Source of the DNA: Acidobacteriota bacterium
GTDB taxonomy: Bacteria; Acidobacteriota; Vicinamibacteria; Fen-336
DNA length: 64,000 nucleotides
NCBI GenBank assembly: GCA_011526565.1
Contig: WYBL01000071.1
Coordinates: forward strand, 5,553-69,552
Direction of reading: 5' to 3'
Numbering within the stretch: the stretch's first letter is position 1; each line of letters starts with the position of its first letter. A model generated the notes under the pieces. The model made no database searches. It was not told where the DNA came from and was given only the letters and a program-made list of their open reading frames with translations. Shown here one piece after another: positions 1-9,704 of this stretch. Both the position numbers and the translations under genes were made by a program.

Positions 1-612
1 GACTTCCCGCCCGAGGGGCCGAAGGTGATCCCCGGCCGCTACTCGGTGCGCCTGGTGACGGGCGCGGGCACGAAGGACGAGAAGGTCCTCGAGCAGCCGT
101 TCGAGATCGTGCCCGACCCGAACGTGAAGGCCCCGGCGGCCGACCTCGAGGAGCAGTACGCGCTGCTGCTCGCGCTGCGCGACGACCTCGAGCGCGCCCA
201 CGACGTGCTGCGCCGCGTGCGCGAGACCCGCGACCAGGCGAAGGCGCTGGCGGCCAAGGCGGAGCGGCTCGGCCAGCGGGCGCTCGCCGAGCCGGAGAAG
301 GCGCTTTCCGCGAAGCTGACCGCGATCGAGGAGAAGATCATCAACCCGAAGATCCTGGCCAACCAGGACACGCTGAACTTCACCCCGAAACTCGACTTCC
401 AGTTCTCGGGCCTCGCCGCCTACGTCGGCAGCGCGGACGCGAAGCCGCCGGCCGGGGCGTACGAGCGCCGCAAGGAACTGGTCGCCCAGCTCGACGCGAT
501 CCAGCAGGAGTTCGACGCGCTGGTCGCCAGGGACCTCGCGGCCTTCAACAAGGCCGCCTCGGACGCGGCGATCCCGGCGGTCGCGATCCTCCCGAAGGAG
601 GAGAAGGACTAA
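1..612 (+). CDS. C-terminal fragment (5' end outside window) of a BNR/sortilin-like repeat protein
   Basis: Frame +1 is open from nt 1 (DFPPEGPKVIPGRY...) to TAA 610-612. The helical Lys/Glu/Ala-rich tail (KIINPKILANQDTLNFTPKLDFQF) resembles, from memory, tails of bacterial sortilin/BNR-type glycosyl-hydrolase-like proteins. No search was run. Confidence 0.5.
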   Translation, partial: DFPPEGPKVIPGRYSVRLVTGAGTKDEKVLEQPFEIVPDPNVKAPAADLEEQYALLLALRDDLERAHDVLRRVRETRDQAKALAAKAERLGQRALAEPEKALSAKLTAIEEKIINPKILANQDTLNFTPKLDFQFSGLAAYVGSADAKPPAGAYERRKELVAQLDAIQQEFDALVARDLAAFNKAASDAAIPAVAILPKEEKD

Positions 613-1172
613 CCCTCGCCCCAGAGCACGCGCAGGTCGAGCTCGATCGCGTCGAAGGGCTCGACCCGCGCCTGCGCCGCGTCGGCGTGGGTCGCGAGCA
701 GCCGCCAGCCGCCCTGCTCGAGGCGGTAGGACTCGAGCGTGCGCGTGGTGGGGTTCACGATCCACGCACGGCGCACGCCCTCGCGGGCGTAGGCGGGGAG
801 CTTCTTCGCGCGGTCGAGGCGCTCGGTCGACGGGGAGACGATCTCGCACACCCAGTCCGGCGCGAGTGCGAAGAACGGCGCGGGCTCGATTCGCGGCAGT
901 CGCTCGCGCCGGAATCCGGCGAGGTCAGGGACCAGGACGTCGCCACCGAGGTGAAGCTCCGGCTCGGGCAGGACCCACCAGCCGCCGGGGCCGCCGCGCC
1001 CGCGATGGAACGGGCTGTGCAGTTCGCCCTGGATGCCTCCGGCTGCGACCACGTGACCCGCGGCCGGCCGCGGGCTCACGTGGAGGTCGCCCGCCACGAT
1101 CTCCCCGACGAGGTGCTCGGGGAGGGCGAAGAGGTCCTCGTACCTCGCGTCCCGACGCTGCGCCTGGCCCAT
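609..1172 (-). CDS. Uma2 family (DUF820) PD-(D/E)XK-like endonuclease
   Basis: 187-aa ORF. The VPDLAGF ... APDWVCEIVSPST core is typical of Uma2/DUF820. It converges on the previous gene with a 4-nt overlap. Confidence 0.75.
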   Translation of the reverse strand: MGQAQRRDARYEDLFALPEHLVGEIVAGDLHVSPRPAAGHVVAAGGIQGELHSPFHRGRGGPGGWWVLPEPELHLGGDVLVPDLAGFRRERLPRIEPAPFFALAPDWVCEIVSPSTERLDRAKKLPAYAREGVRRAWIVNPTTRTLESYRLEQGGWRLLATHADAAQARVEPFDAIELDLRVLWGEG

Positions 1173-1181
1173 GGGACGAGT

Positions 1182-2453
1182 CTAGCGCGCACCAGCGAGC
1201 TCGAGCGTCGCCAGGGCGATCACCTTCGCCGACGCCACCAGGTCGTCGATCGCGACCCACTCGTCGGGCTGGTGGGCGAGCTCCAGCACGCCGGGGCCGT
1301 AGGCGACGCAGTGGGGCACGCCGCCGATGCGGTCGAAGTGCTTCTGGTCGTAGGAGCCCGGGCTCGCGACGATGGCCGCCTCGCGGCCGAGCACCTCGCG
1401 GATGCCGCGCTGCAGCGCCGACACCAGCGGCGAGCCCGCGGGCGTCTCCGTCGGATGCACGAGCATGCGGTCGCGCAACTCGGCCTCGAAGCCCGGCACC
1501 CGCGCCTTCACCCGCTCGAGCAGCGCGACCACTTCCGCGCGCACGTCGTCGTATTTCTCCTCGACGAGGTAGCGGCGGTCGAAGATGGCGAGCGCGCGGT
1601 CCGCGACGCACGGCGTCTGCACCGCCTGCCCGGCCTGGCCGCCCGCGACCGCGTTGACGTTGAGCGTCGCCCGGCCCGAGCCCGCGGGCACCACCGGCAT
1701 CCGCGTGGTGCGCTTCGCGAGCTCCGGCTGCAGCTCGGTGCGCACCGCCTCCAGCACCGCGCCGATGTGGTCGATCGCCGACACCCCGAGGTACGGCATC
1801 GAGCCGTGGGCGATGCGGCCGCGGGCCTCCACCTCGAACCACCACACGCCGCGGTGGCCGGTGCAGATGCGGTCGACGTTCAGCGGCTCCGGGATGATCG
1901 CGTAGTCGACGCGTCCTTTCGCCAGCCGCCCCTGCTCCGCGAGCCACGCGACGCCGGCCTGGCCGCCCGACTCCTCGTCGACCGTGCCGCTGACCTCGAC
2001 CGTGCCGGCGAGCGTCACTCCCGCGCGGCGCAGCGCCTCGATCGCGAACACCGCCGCGGCCAGGCCGCCCTTCATGTCGCAGGCGCCGCGGCCCCAGACC
2101 CGCCCGTCGCGCGCGAGCCCGCCGAACGGCTCGACGCTCCAGCCGCCGCCCGCCGGCGCCACGTCGAAGTGGCCGTTGAGGTGCACCGTCGGCCCGCCGC
2201 CGCTGCCGCGACGCGCGCCGATCACGTTGAGCCGCGGGCGCGCCTCGGTGTGCTCGGGCCGGCCCTCGGCCGCGTGGTACTCGACCTCGAGGCCCATCGC
2301 GGCGAAGCGCCGGCCGAGGAAGCGCGCGCAGTCCGCGTAGTGCTCGCCGGGCGGGTTGACGGTCGGGATCCGCACCAGCTCGGCCGTCAGCTCGACGATC
2401 TCGTCGCGCGCCGCCTCGACGGCACGGCACACCGCCTCTCGCACATCGAACAT
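1182..2453 (-). CDS. M20 family metallopeptidase / deacylase (ArgE/DapE-like)
   Basis: 423-aa ORF with M20 signatures HLNGHFDVAP, GRGACDMKGG and GTVDEESGG, plus a dimerisation-domain insert. Confidence 0.85.
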   Translation of the reverse strand: MFDVREAVCRAVEAARDEIVELTAELVRIPTVNPPGEHYADCARFLGRRFAAMGLEVEYHAAEGRPEHTEARPRLNVIGARRGSGGGPTVHLNGHFDVAPAGGGWSVEPFGGLARDGRVWGRGACDMKGGLAAAVFAIEALRRAGVTLAGTVEVSGTVDEESGGQAGVAWLAEQGRLAKGRVDYAIIPEPLNVDRICTGHRGVWWFEVEARGRIAHGSMPYLGVSAIDHIGAVLEAVRTELQPELAKRTTRMPVVPAGSGRATLNVNAVAGGQAGQAVQTPCVADRALAIFDRRYLVEEKYDDVRAEVVALLERVKARVPGFEAELRDRMLVHPTETPAGSPLVSALQRGIREVLGREAAIVASPGSYDQKHFDRIGGVPHCVAYGPGVLELAHQPDEWVAIDDLVASAKVIALATLELAGAR

Positions 2454-2488
2454 GGCCCGAATGGTAGACGGTCTAGACTCGTCGCAAC

Positions 2489-3883
2489 GTGAACCTCCAC
2501 CTCTGGCTGCTGCTCGTCTTCTGCGTCGCCCAGGTCGGCGTCGGCCTGTGGATCTCGCGCCGCGTGCGCGGTGCCGGCGATTTCTTCGTCGCCGGCCGCG
2601 CGCTCGGCCCCGGGCTGCTGGCGACCACCCTGATCGCCGCCAACATCGGCGCCGGCTCCACCGTCGGCGCCGCCGGCCTCGGCTACCGCGACGGCCTCGC
2701 CGCCTGGTGGTGGGTGGGCTCCGCCGCGATCGGCTCGCTGCTGCTGGCCTTCACCGTGGGCCCGCGGATCTGGAGCGTGGCCCGCGAGCACGACCTGCGC
2801 ACGGTGGGCGACTACCTGGAGCACCGCTACCACCGCGGCGTGCGCGGGCTCGTCTCCGCGCTGCTGTGGCTCGGCACGCTGGCCATCCTCGCCGGGCAGC
2901 TCATCGCGCTGTCGTGGGTGCTGCACGTCGTCGCGGGGCTGCCGAAGTGGGCGGGCTGCGCGATCGGCGGCGTGGTCGCCGGCGCCTACTTCGCGGCTGG
3001 CGGGCTGCTGACCTCCGCCTGGGTCAACCTGCTCCAGCTCGGCGTGATGCTCACGGGCTTCTTCGCCGCGCTGGCGCTCGCGCCGCAGGCCGCGGGCGGC
3101 TGGGGCGAGGTCGCGTCGCGCGCGGCGGAGGCCAACCCGGGCCACTGGGACTTCCTCGCGAACGGGCCTTCGGGCTGGGCCTACGCGCCGCTGCTGATCC
3201 CCGCGTTCCTGATCTCGCCCGGCCTGCTGCAGAAGGTGTACGGCGCCCGCGACGCCTCCGCCGTGCGCCGCGGTGTCGCGCTCAACGCGCTCGTCCTGTT
3301 CGCGTTCGCCTTCCTGCCCGTGCTGCTCGGCACCCTGGCCCGGGTGTCGCACCCCGGCCTCGACAACCGCGAGCTGGCGCTGCCCACGCTGCTGATGCAC
3401 GACCTGCCGCCGCTGCTCGGCGCGCTCGGCCTCTCGGCGGTCGTCGCCGCCGAGATCAGCACCATCGACGCCATCCTCTTCATGCTGTCGACGTCGCTGT
3501 CGCAGGACCTCTACAAGCGCTTCGTGGACCCCGCCGCGGACGACGCCCGCGTGCTGCGCGTCGCGCGCGCGGCGGCGATGGCCGGCGCAGCGCTCGGCGT
3601 GCTGCTGGGGCTGGCGCTGCCCGACGTGATCGGCGCGCTGTCGATCTTCTACTCCGTGCTCTCGGTGTGCCTGTTCGTGCCGATCGTGGCCGGCCTCTAC
3701 GTCGGCCGCGAGCGCTTCGGCACCCGCGAGGCCGCCGCCGCGATCGTCGCGGGCGTCGCCGTCCTGCTGCTGGTCCAGGCGGCGACCGGGGGACGCGGCT
3801 TCGGCCTCGTGTCGCCCGTGGTCGCCGGTCTGCTCGCATCGGCCGCCGCCGCCGCGGCCAGCGCGGCGCTCGCCCGCCGCTGA
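2489..3883 (+). CDS. sodium:solute symporter family transporter
   Basis: 464-aa polytopic membrane ORF with GTG start. GDFFVAGRALGP and AANIGAGSTVG motifs match the SSF family. Confidence 0.85.
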   Translation: MNLHLWLLLVFCVAQVGVGLWISRRVRGAGDFFVAGRALGPGLLATTLIAANIGAGSTVGAAGLGYRDGLAAWWWVGSAAIGSLLLAFTVGPRIWSVAREHDLRTVGDYLEHRYHRGVRGLVSALLWLGTLAILAGQLIALSWVLHVVAGLPKWAGCAIGGVVAGAYFAAGGLLTSAWVNLLQLGVMLTGFFAALALAPQAAGGWGEVASRAAEANPGHWDFLANGPSGWAYAPLLIPAFLISPGLLQKVYGARDASAVRRGVALNALVLFAFAFLPVLLGTLARVSHPGLDNRELALPTLLMHDLPPLLGALGLSAVVAAEISTIDAILFMLSTSLSQDLYKRFVDPAADDARVLRVARAAAMAGAALGVLLGLALPDVIGALSIFYSVLSVCLFVPIVAGLYVGRERFGTREAAAAIVAGVAVLLLVQAATGGRGFGLVSPVVAGLLASAAAAAASAALARR

Positions 3884-3933
3884 GCATTCAACCGGCACAC
3901 CCGCGCCCCGGTCCAAGACGGAGGAGGAAGCAG

Positions 3934-4908
3934 ATGAAGGTTGCACCATCGCTCGCCCTGTTGCTGCTCGGGGCCAGCCCGCTCGCCGCGACCGGCTACG
4001 ACCCGCTCGCCACGCCGCCTCGCTTCGCCGTGCGGCAGGAAGCGCTCTCGGTGCGCGACGCGAAGCGCGACGGCCGCGAGATCCCGCTGCGCGTGTACCG
4101 GGACGCCGGGACGGCGCTCGCGTCGCCCGTCGTCCTGTTCAGCCACGGCCTCGGCGGCAGCCGCGACGGCTCGGCCTACCTCGGCGAGCACTGGGCCGCT
4201 CGCGGCTACGTGGCGGTCTTCCTGCAGCACCCCGGCAGCGACGAGGCCGTGTGGAAGGACGCGCCGCTCCGGCGTCGCCGCGAGGCGATGGAGGATGCGG
4301 CCTCCGCCCGCAGCTTCCTCGACCGCGTGCGCGACGTCGGCGCGGTGCTCGACGCTCTCGCCACGTGGAACGGAACCCGGGGCCACTCGCTGGAGGGCCG
4401 CCTCGACCTCGCCCGCGTCGGCATGGCCGGCCACTCGTTCGGTGCGATGACCACCCAGGCCGTGTCCGGGCAGCGGTTCCGCGGTCGCGATTTCGCCGAC
4501 CCGCGCATCCGCGCCGCGCTCGTGCTGTCGCCGAGCACGCCGCGCCGCGGCGACCCCGCCGAGGCCTTCGCGGGCGTGACCCGTCCCTGGCTGCTGATGA
4601 CCGGCACCCGCGACGGCGCGCCGATCGGCAACCAGACGCCGGAGACGCGGCTCCAGGTGTTCCCGCACCTGCCCGCGGGCGACAAGTACGAGCTGGTGCT
4701 CGACGGCGCGGAGCACTCGGCGTTCGGCGACCGCGCCCTGCGCGGCGAAGAGGGCCCGCGCAACCCCAACCACCACCGCGCCGTGCTGGCGCTGTCGACC
4801 GCGTTCTGGGATGCGTACCTGAAGCAGGACGCGGGGGCCCGCGCCTGGCTGCAGGGCGCCGCGCCGCGCGGCGTGCTCGAGGCCCGCGACCGCTGGCAGG
4901 CGAAGTAG
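3934..4908 (+). CDS. secreted alpha/beta hydrolase (PAF-acetylhydrolase / dienelactone-hydrolase-like)
   Basis: ATG 3934 follows GGAGGAGG (3921-3928). Signal peptide MKVAPSLALLLLGASPLAA; nucleophile elbow GHSFG. The upstream part of the 850-aa track ORF is an off-frame reading of the symporter gene. Confidence 0.75.
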   Translation: MKVAPSLALLLLGASPLAATGYDPLATPPRFAVRQEALSVRDAKRDGREIPLRVYRDAGTALASPVVLFSHGLGGSRDGSAYLGEHWAARGYVAVFLQHPGSDEAVWKDAPLRRRREAMEDAASARSFLDRVRDVGAVLDALATWNGTRGHSLEGRLDLARVGMAGHSFGAMTTQAVSGQRFRGRDFADPRIRAALVLSPSTPRRGDPAEAFAGVTRPWLLMTGTRDGAPIGNQTPETRLQVFPHLPAGDKYELVLDGAEHSAFGDRALRGEEGPRNPNHHRAVLALSTAFWDAYLKQDAGARAWLQGAAPRGVLEARDRWQAK

Positions 4909-4949
4909 CCGCGGCGGCGCTACGCTCTCCCCGCGAAGGGGAGGCCAGC

Positions 4950-5744
4950 ATGGGCGATCCGTTCCGGCTCGACGGCCGGGTGGCGGTGGTGGTGGGCGCG
5001 GGTTCGGGCATCGGCGAAGCGACCGCGCGGGCCTGCGCGGCGCAGGGCGCGGCGGTCGCGTGCGTCGACGTCGACCTGGCGAAGGCCGAGGCGGTGTCGG
5101 CCGCGCTGCGGGCGCAGGGGGCGCCGTCGGCGGGGTTCGCGGTCGACATCCGCGACGGCGCGGCGGTGCAGGCCTGCTTCGACCACGTGCGCGCGCAGCA
5201 CGGCCGGCTCGACGCCTGCGTCTGCACGCCCTCGGTGAACGTGCGCAAGACGCTGCTCGACTATTCCGAGGAGGAGTTCGAGCGCGTCGTCGGCCTCAAC
5301 CTCAAGGGCAACTTCAACGTGCTGCGCGCCGCGGGCCGGGTCATGACCGCCGACGGGCGCGGGTCGATCGTGCTGGTCTCCTCGATCCGCTCGCTGACGG
5401 TCGAGCCCGGCCAGGCCGTGTACGCGATGACCAAGGCTGGCATCGTCCAGCTCGTGCGCACCGCGGCCAGCGAGTTCGCCCACCGCGGCGTGCGCGTCAA
5501 CGCGCTCGCGCCGGGCGTCGTCGACACCCCGCTCACCGCGCCGATCAAGGCCAACGCCGCCTGGTACCAGGCCTACGCCGACAAGAGCGCGCTCAGGCGC
5601 TGGGCGATCGCCGACGAGCAGGCGTGGCCCGCCGTGTTCCTGCTCTCGGACGCCGCGAGCTACATGACGGGGTCGGTGCTGTTCGTCGACGGGGGCTGGA
5701 CCGCACAGGACGGCCGCTTCGTGCCGCCCGGCATGACCCTCTAG
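4950..5744 (+). CDS. SDR family oxidoreductase
   Basis: ATG 4950 follows GAAGGGGAGG. Rossmann motif VVGAGSGIG and catalytic YAMTK (YxxxK). Confidence 0.85.
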   Translation: MGDPFRLDGRVAVVVGAGSGIGEATARACAAQGAAVACVDVDLAKAEAVSAALRAQGAPSAGFAVDIRDGAAVQACFDHVRAQHGRLDACVCTPSVNVRKTLLDYSEEEFERVVGLNLKGNFNVLRAAGRVMTADGRGSIVLVSSIRSLTVEPGQAVYAMTKAGIVQLVRTAASEFAHRGVRVNALAPGVVDTPLTAPIKANAAWYQAYADKSALRRWAIADEQAWPAVFLLSDAASYMTGSVLFVDGGWTAQDGRFVPPGMTL

Positions 5745-5771
5745 CCGTTGCGGGCGCCCGACCGCTCGCGT

Positions 5772-7202
5772 TCAGTCGTTGACGTCGAGCTCCTCGATCG
5801 GCACGTACCACAGCGAGGTCGGCTTGAAGTTGGTCACGCGGTAGCTGCGCACCGACGACGCGGGCCCGTACATCAGCGGCACCAGCGGCACCTCGCGGTC
5901 GACGAGGCGGGTGATGGCCAGCAGGTTCTCCGCCCGGCGGTCGCCGCGGAAGGCGTCGATGGCGGCGTCCATCTCGGGGCTGCGCAGCCGGCCCAGGTTC
6001 GAGGACACCGCCAGGTTGTCGGCCTGCGGCACCCGGTTGGAAGCGAGGTTCGACTCCATGAAGTCGCACGGGTCCATGGTGTCCGCGATCCAGCCCGCGA
6101 GCGTCATGTCGTAGGAGCCCTCGACCGAGGTCTTCATGAAGTCGCTGCTCGACGCCATCGGCTTGCACTCGACGCGGATGCCGAGCTGGCCGATCTGCGC
6201 CGCCAGCAGGTCGCCCGCGCGCTGCGGGTAGGGCAGGTACGGGCGCGGCCCCCAGGGCAGGCGCAGCACCAGGCTGTCCGGCTTGTGCACGCCCGGCTCG
6301 GCGAGCAGCCGTTTGGCGGCATCGAGATCGAACGTGCAGTCGACGTCCGCGGTGCCCATCGGTCGCGGCGTCAGGCTGGTGGCGGCGAAGGCCAGCGGGT
6401 TCGCGTAGGAAGTCGCCGCGATCGGCATCCGGTCGATGCAGCGGGCGATCGCCGTGCGCACGCGCCGATCGCGCAGCCGCGGGCTCTCGCAGTTCAGGTA
6501 GAGCATCGCCAGCGACACGCCCGGCAGCAGCGACTTGCGCACGCCCTTGACCTGGTCGATGTCGTCGCGGCCGAGCGACAGGGAGAGGTCCACCTCGCCA
6601 CTCTCGAGCGCCGCGATCAGGCGGCTGGCCCGGCCTTCGGCGTCGGGGTCGTAGGTGTCGAACCGCACTTCGTCGATCGCCACGGGCCGCCGATAGTGCG
6701 GGTTGCGGCGCAGCTTCACGTGCGCCGGCGTGCTCTCCGCGGCGATCAGGTACGGGCCGGTGCCGAGCAGCGTCTTGCCCTCCGCGCGGAACACGCTGCA
6801 CTGGTAGTGGCTGAGGGCCAGGTCGAGCCGCGCGTTGGGGCGGCGCAGGGCGAACACGACGCGGTCGCCTTCGGCCGAGACCTCGGCCTCGTCCTGGATC
6901 GGCGGAGCGGAGCGCAGCGACCGGACGACGTCTTCGGCGGTCATCAGGGACCCGTCCGAGAAGCGGATGCCGGGGCGGACCCGGGCCTCGTACACCGAGG
7001 AGCCCGAGCCGCGGGCCAGCAGCGGCCCCGAGAACAGTTGCGGCTCCACCTCGGTGCTGCCGTGGGGGCTGCCGAACGGCGTCTCGAAGACGTGGCGGAT
7101 CACGAACGAGCTCTCGACGTCCCACGAGGTCCGGGGGTCGAGGTTGCGGGCCGGCGTCAGGTAGCCGACGCGGAGCGTCTTGCTGCGGGTCTCGGTGGTC
7201 AT
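5772..7202 (-). CDS. family-5 (DppA/OppA/NikA-like) solute-binding protein without signal peptide
   Basis: ATG 7202 is preceded by AGGAG (the track ORF starts at GTG 7220). Family-5 SBP-like sequence (GTGPY, RRNPHY). N-terminus MTTETRSKTLRVGYL has no signal peptide or lipobox. No permease or ATPase genes are adjacent. Confidence 0.7.
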   Translation of the reverse strand: MTTETRSKTLRVGYLTPARNLDPRTSWDVESSFVIRHVFETPFGSPHGSTEVEPQLFSGPLLARGSGSSVYEARVRPGIRFSDGSLMTAEDVVRSLRSAPPIQDEAEVSAEGDRVVFALRRPNARLDLALSHYQCSVFRAEGKTLLGTGPYLIAAESTPAHVKLRRNPHYRRPVAIDEVRFDTYDPDAEGRASRLIAALESGEVDLSLSLGRDDIDQVKGVRKSLLPGVSLAMLYLNCESPRLRDRRVRTAIARCIDRMPIAATSYANPLAFAATSLTPRPMGTADVDCTFDLDAAKRLLAEPGVHKPDSLVLRLPWGPRPYLPYPQRAGDLLAAQIGQLGIRVECKPMASSSDFMKTSVEGSYDMTLAGWIADTMDPCDFMESNLASNRVPQADNLAVSSNLGRLRSPEMDAAIDAFRGDRRAENLLAITRLVDREVPLVPLMYGPASSVRSYRVTNFKPTSLWYVPIEELDVND

Positions 7203-7269
7203 CGGGGCTCCTCTCGCCACGAAGGCGGAGGGAATCTAGCATGGTGGCCGACGGCCGGAGGTGCCGCGG

Positions 7270-8319
7270 ATGAGCGCAGCGAGACGCATCGCGGTGTTGC
7301 CGGGCGACGGCATCGGGCCCGAGGTGATCGCGGCGGGCCTCGCCGTGCTCCGCCGCGCGGCGGCGGCCTGCGGAGTCGAGCTCGCGTGCGAGGAGTTCGA
7401 CTGGGGCTGCGACCACCACGTGCGCACCGGCCGCATGATGCCGGCCGACGCGCTCGAGCGGCTCGCCGGCTTCGACGCGATCTACCTCGGCGCGGTGGGG
7501 CGGCCCGACGTGCCGGACCACGTCTCGATCTGGGACATGATCCTGCCGATCCGCCAGCGCTTCGACCAGTACGTGAACCTGCGGCCGATGGCGCTGCTGC
7601 CCGGCGTCGCCTCGCCGCTCGCGGGCCGCGGGCCTGCCGAGATCGACATGGTCTGCGTGCGCGAGAACTCGGAGGGCGAGTACTCCGGCCGCGGCTCGCG
7701 CGACGAGGACGGCGCGCGCGAGGAGGCCGTGTTCACCCGCCGCGGCATCCGGCGCGTCGTTCGCCACGCCTTCGCGCTGGCCGATCGCCGCCCGCGGCGG
7801 CTGCTGGCCAGCGCCACCAAGTCGAACGCGCTGCGCCACTCGATGGTGCTGTGGGACGAGGTCGTCGCCGAGGTCGCCCGCGAGTTCCCGCGGGTGAGCT
7901 GGCGCAGCTACCACGTCGACGCGCTGGCCGCGCGCATGGTGACCCACCCGCAGACGCTCGACGTGATCGTCGGCTCCAACCTGTTCGGCGACATCCTCAC
8001 CGACCTCGGCGCGGCGATCAGCGGCAGCCTCGGCCTGGCACCCGGCGCCAACCTCAACCCCGAGCGCGTCCACCCCTCGATGTTCGAGCCGATCCACGGC
8101 TCCGCCCCGGACATCGCGGGCAAGGGCATCGCCAACCCGATCGGCGCGATCCAGGCCGGCGCGATGCTGCTCGACCACCTCGGGGCGGCCGAAGCCGCGG
8201 CCCTGGTCACGGGGGCGGTCCACGCGACGCTCGCCGCCGGCGCGCCGCGCACCCCCGACCTCGGCGGCGCGGCGACGACGGCGGACGTCACGCAGGCGAT
8301 CCTCTCGCGCCTGCCCTGA
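7270..8319 (+). CDS. tartrate dehydrogenase / 3-isopropylmalate dehydrogenase family enzyme
   Basis: ATG 7270 with GGAGG at 7257-7261. Motifs IAVLPGDGIGPEV, NLRP, ENSEGEYSG, NLFGDILTDL and GSAPDIAGKGIANP match the isocitrate/isopropylmalate dehydrogenase superfamily. Confidence 0.85.
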   Translation: MSAARRIAVLPGDGIGPEVIAAGLAVLRRAAAACGVELACEEFDWGCDHHVRTGRMMPADALERLAGFDAIYLGAVGRPDVPDHVSIWDMILPIRQRFDQYVNLRPMALLPGVASPLAGRGPAEIDMVCVRENSEGEYSGRGSRDEDGAREEAVFTRRGIRRVVRHAFALADRRPRRLLASATKSNALRHSMVLWDEVVAEVAREFPRVSWRSYHVDALAARMVTHPQTLDVIVGSNLFGDILTDLGAAISGSLGLAPGANLNPERVHPSMFEPIHGSAPDIAGKGIANPIGAIQAGAMLLDHLGAAEAAALVTGAVHATLAAGAPRTPDLGGAATTADVTQAILSRLP

Positions 8320-8323
8320 CGAC

Positions 8324-9499
8324 TCAGGGCAGGCGCGTCCAGAGCGTCTTCCCGCGCGCGGTCACCTGCCCGATCGGCAGCACGTGGACGCGCTCGGAAA
8401 GCGGGTAGGCGCGTTCGCCCGGGTAGACGACGAGCAGCCGCTGCAGGTCCAGGTCCTCGATCGCGACGCGCATCGAGCGGGTCAGGCTCGGGGCGTCCGA
8501 CAGCTTGACCTCGATGCCGAGCCGCTTCCCCCCGCGCGAGACGAGCAGGTCCAGTTCCGCCCCGCCGTGCGTGGCCCAGAACCACGCATCCTCGGGCTCG
8601 AGCGCCGCCAGCGCCTCCTCGATCGCGTAGCCCTCGAACGAGGCGCCGGCCTTGGGGTGGCCCTGCAGGGCTCGCAGGTCGGGAATCCCGAGCAAGGAGT
8701 GGAGCACGCCCGCGTCGCGCACGTAGACCTTGGGAGACTTGACCTGGCGCTTCGCGACGTTCGCGTGCCAGGGCTGCAACTGGCGAACGAGGTAGAGGTC
8801 GCTCAGCAGGTCCAGGTACCGCCGCGCCGTGGACTCGGCGATGCCGAGCGAGCGCGCCGGGTCTGCAGCGTTCCAGACGCCCCCGTGGACGTGGGCCACC
8901 ATCGTCCAGAACCGGTGCAGGGTGGACGCCGGGATGGTGACCCCGAGCTGGGGCAGGTCCCGCTCCAGCCAGGTCCGGACGAACTGCTGGCGCCAGGCGC
9001 GGCTGTCGTCCTCGGTGCGCGCCAGGAACGAGCGCGGGAAGCCGCCGCGCACCCAGTGCCGCGCGTGGCGGTCCGTGCCCACGTCGCCGAGCGAGAAGCC
9101 CTGGAGGGGGACGACCTCGATGCGGCCCGCGAGCGACTCGGAGGACTGCCGGAGCAGCGCGGGGGACGCGCTTCCGAGGACCAGGAAGCGGGCGGGGAGC
9201 GGGCGGCGATCCGCCAGCACCCTCAGTACCGGGAAGAGCTCGGGGCTCCGCTGGATCTCGTCGATCACGACCAGGCCGCGGAGCGGAGCGAGGGCGGTCA
9301 TCGGCTGGGCGAGCCGGGCCAGGGAGACCGGGTCCTCGAGGTCGAAGTACCGGATCGCACCGGGCTCGAGCAAGGTGCGGGCGATCGTGCTCTTCCCTGA
9401 CTGGCGGGGGCCCACCAGGGCCACCACCGGATTGCGGCGGAGAGCGCGCCGGACCCGCGCGAGCGCCTCCGTTCGTGCCAGCATGCCCGGATCGTACAT
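8324..9499 (-). CDS. AAA+ ATPase with DUF4143 domain (AAA_14 family)
   Basis: 391-aa ORF. Walker A GPRQSGKST, Walker B-like LVVIDEIQ, and a C-terminal DUF4143-type region (VYVRDAGVLHSLLG). The start could instead be ATG 9484. Confidence 0.8.
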   Translation of the reverse strand: MYDPGMLARTEALARVRRALRRNPVVALVGPRQSGKSTIARTLLEPGAIRYFDLEDPVSLARLAQPMTALAPLRGLVVIDEIQRSPELFPVLRVLADRRPLPARFLVLGSASPALLRQSSESLAGRIEVVPLQGFSLGDVGTDRHARHWVRGGFPRSFLARTEDDSRAWRQQFVRTWLERDLPQLGVTIPASTLHRFWTMVAHVHGGVWNAADPARSLGIAESTARRYLDLLSDLYLVRQLQPWHANVAKRQVKSPKVYVRDAGVLHSLLGIPDLRALQGHPKAGASFEGYAIEEALAALEPEDAWFWATHGGAELDLLVSRGGKRLGIEVKLSDAPSLTRSMRVAIEDLDLQRLLVVYPGERAYPLSERVHVLPIGQVTARGKTLWTRLP

Positions 9500-9531
9500 T
9501 GAAAATCGAGCGGTGAGTGCTCGATTTTCAA
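9499..9531. promoter_or_regulatory. perfect 13-bp-arm AT-rich inverted repeat (operator or leader hairpin)
   Basis: TTGAAAATCGAGC-ggtgagt-GCTCGATTTTCAA was read directly. It abuts the ATG of the DUF4143 ATPase gene. Confidence 0.3.
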
Positions 9532-9704
9532 GAATGATCGGTCCTCCCGAGGGTGGCCGGGCCGCGCCCCCCGGTCTCGCGGGTAAGATCGCCGCATCCC
9601 TTCAGTGGCGGAGGTCGGGTCGATGCCGGAGCGCAGGGACTGGGAACTCGCCGTGTGGCCGGGGGCGATCGCCGGCGCGATCGCGAAGCGGCGGGGCTGA
9701 GGGG

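Noticed and set aside
9596-9660. Possible fourth, degenerate copy of the helicase-borne repeat (GGCGGAGG..TCGGGTCG..CGGAGC) in the 9.5-9.7 kb intergenic region.
   Set aside because: Only short blocks match, roughly 60% overall with gaps. That is within what GC-rich sequence gives by chance. It needs a genome-wide consensus before being called.
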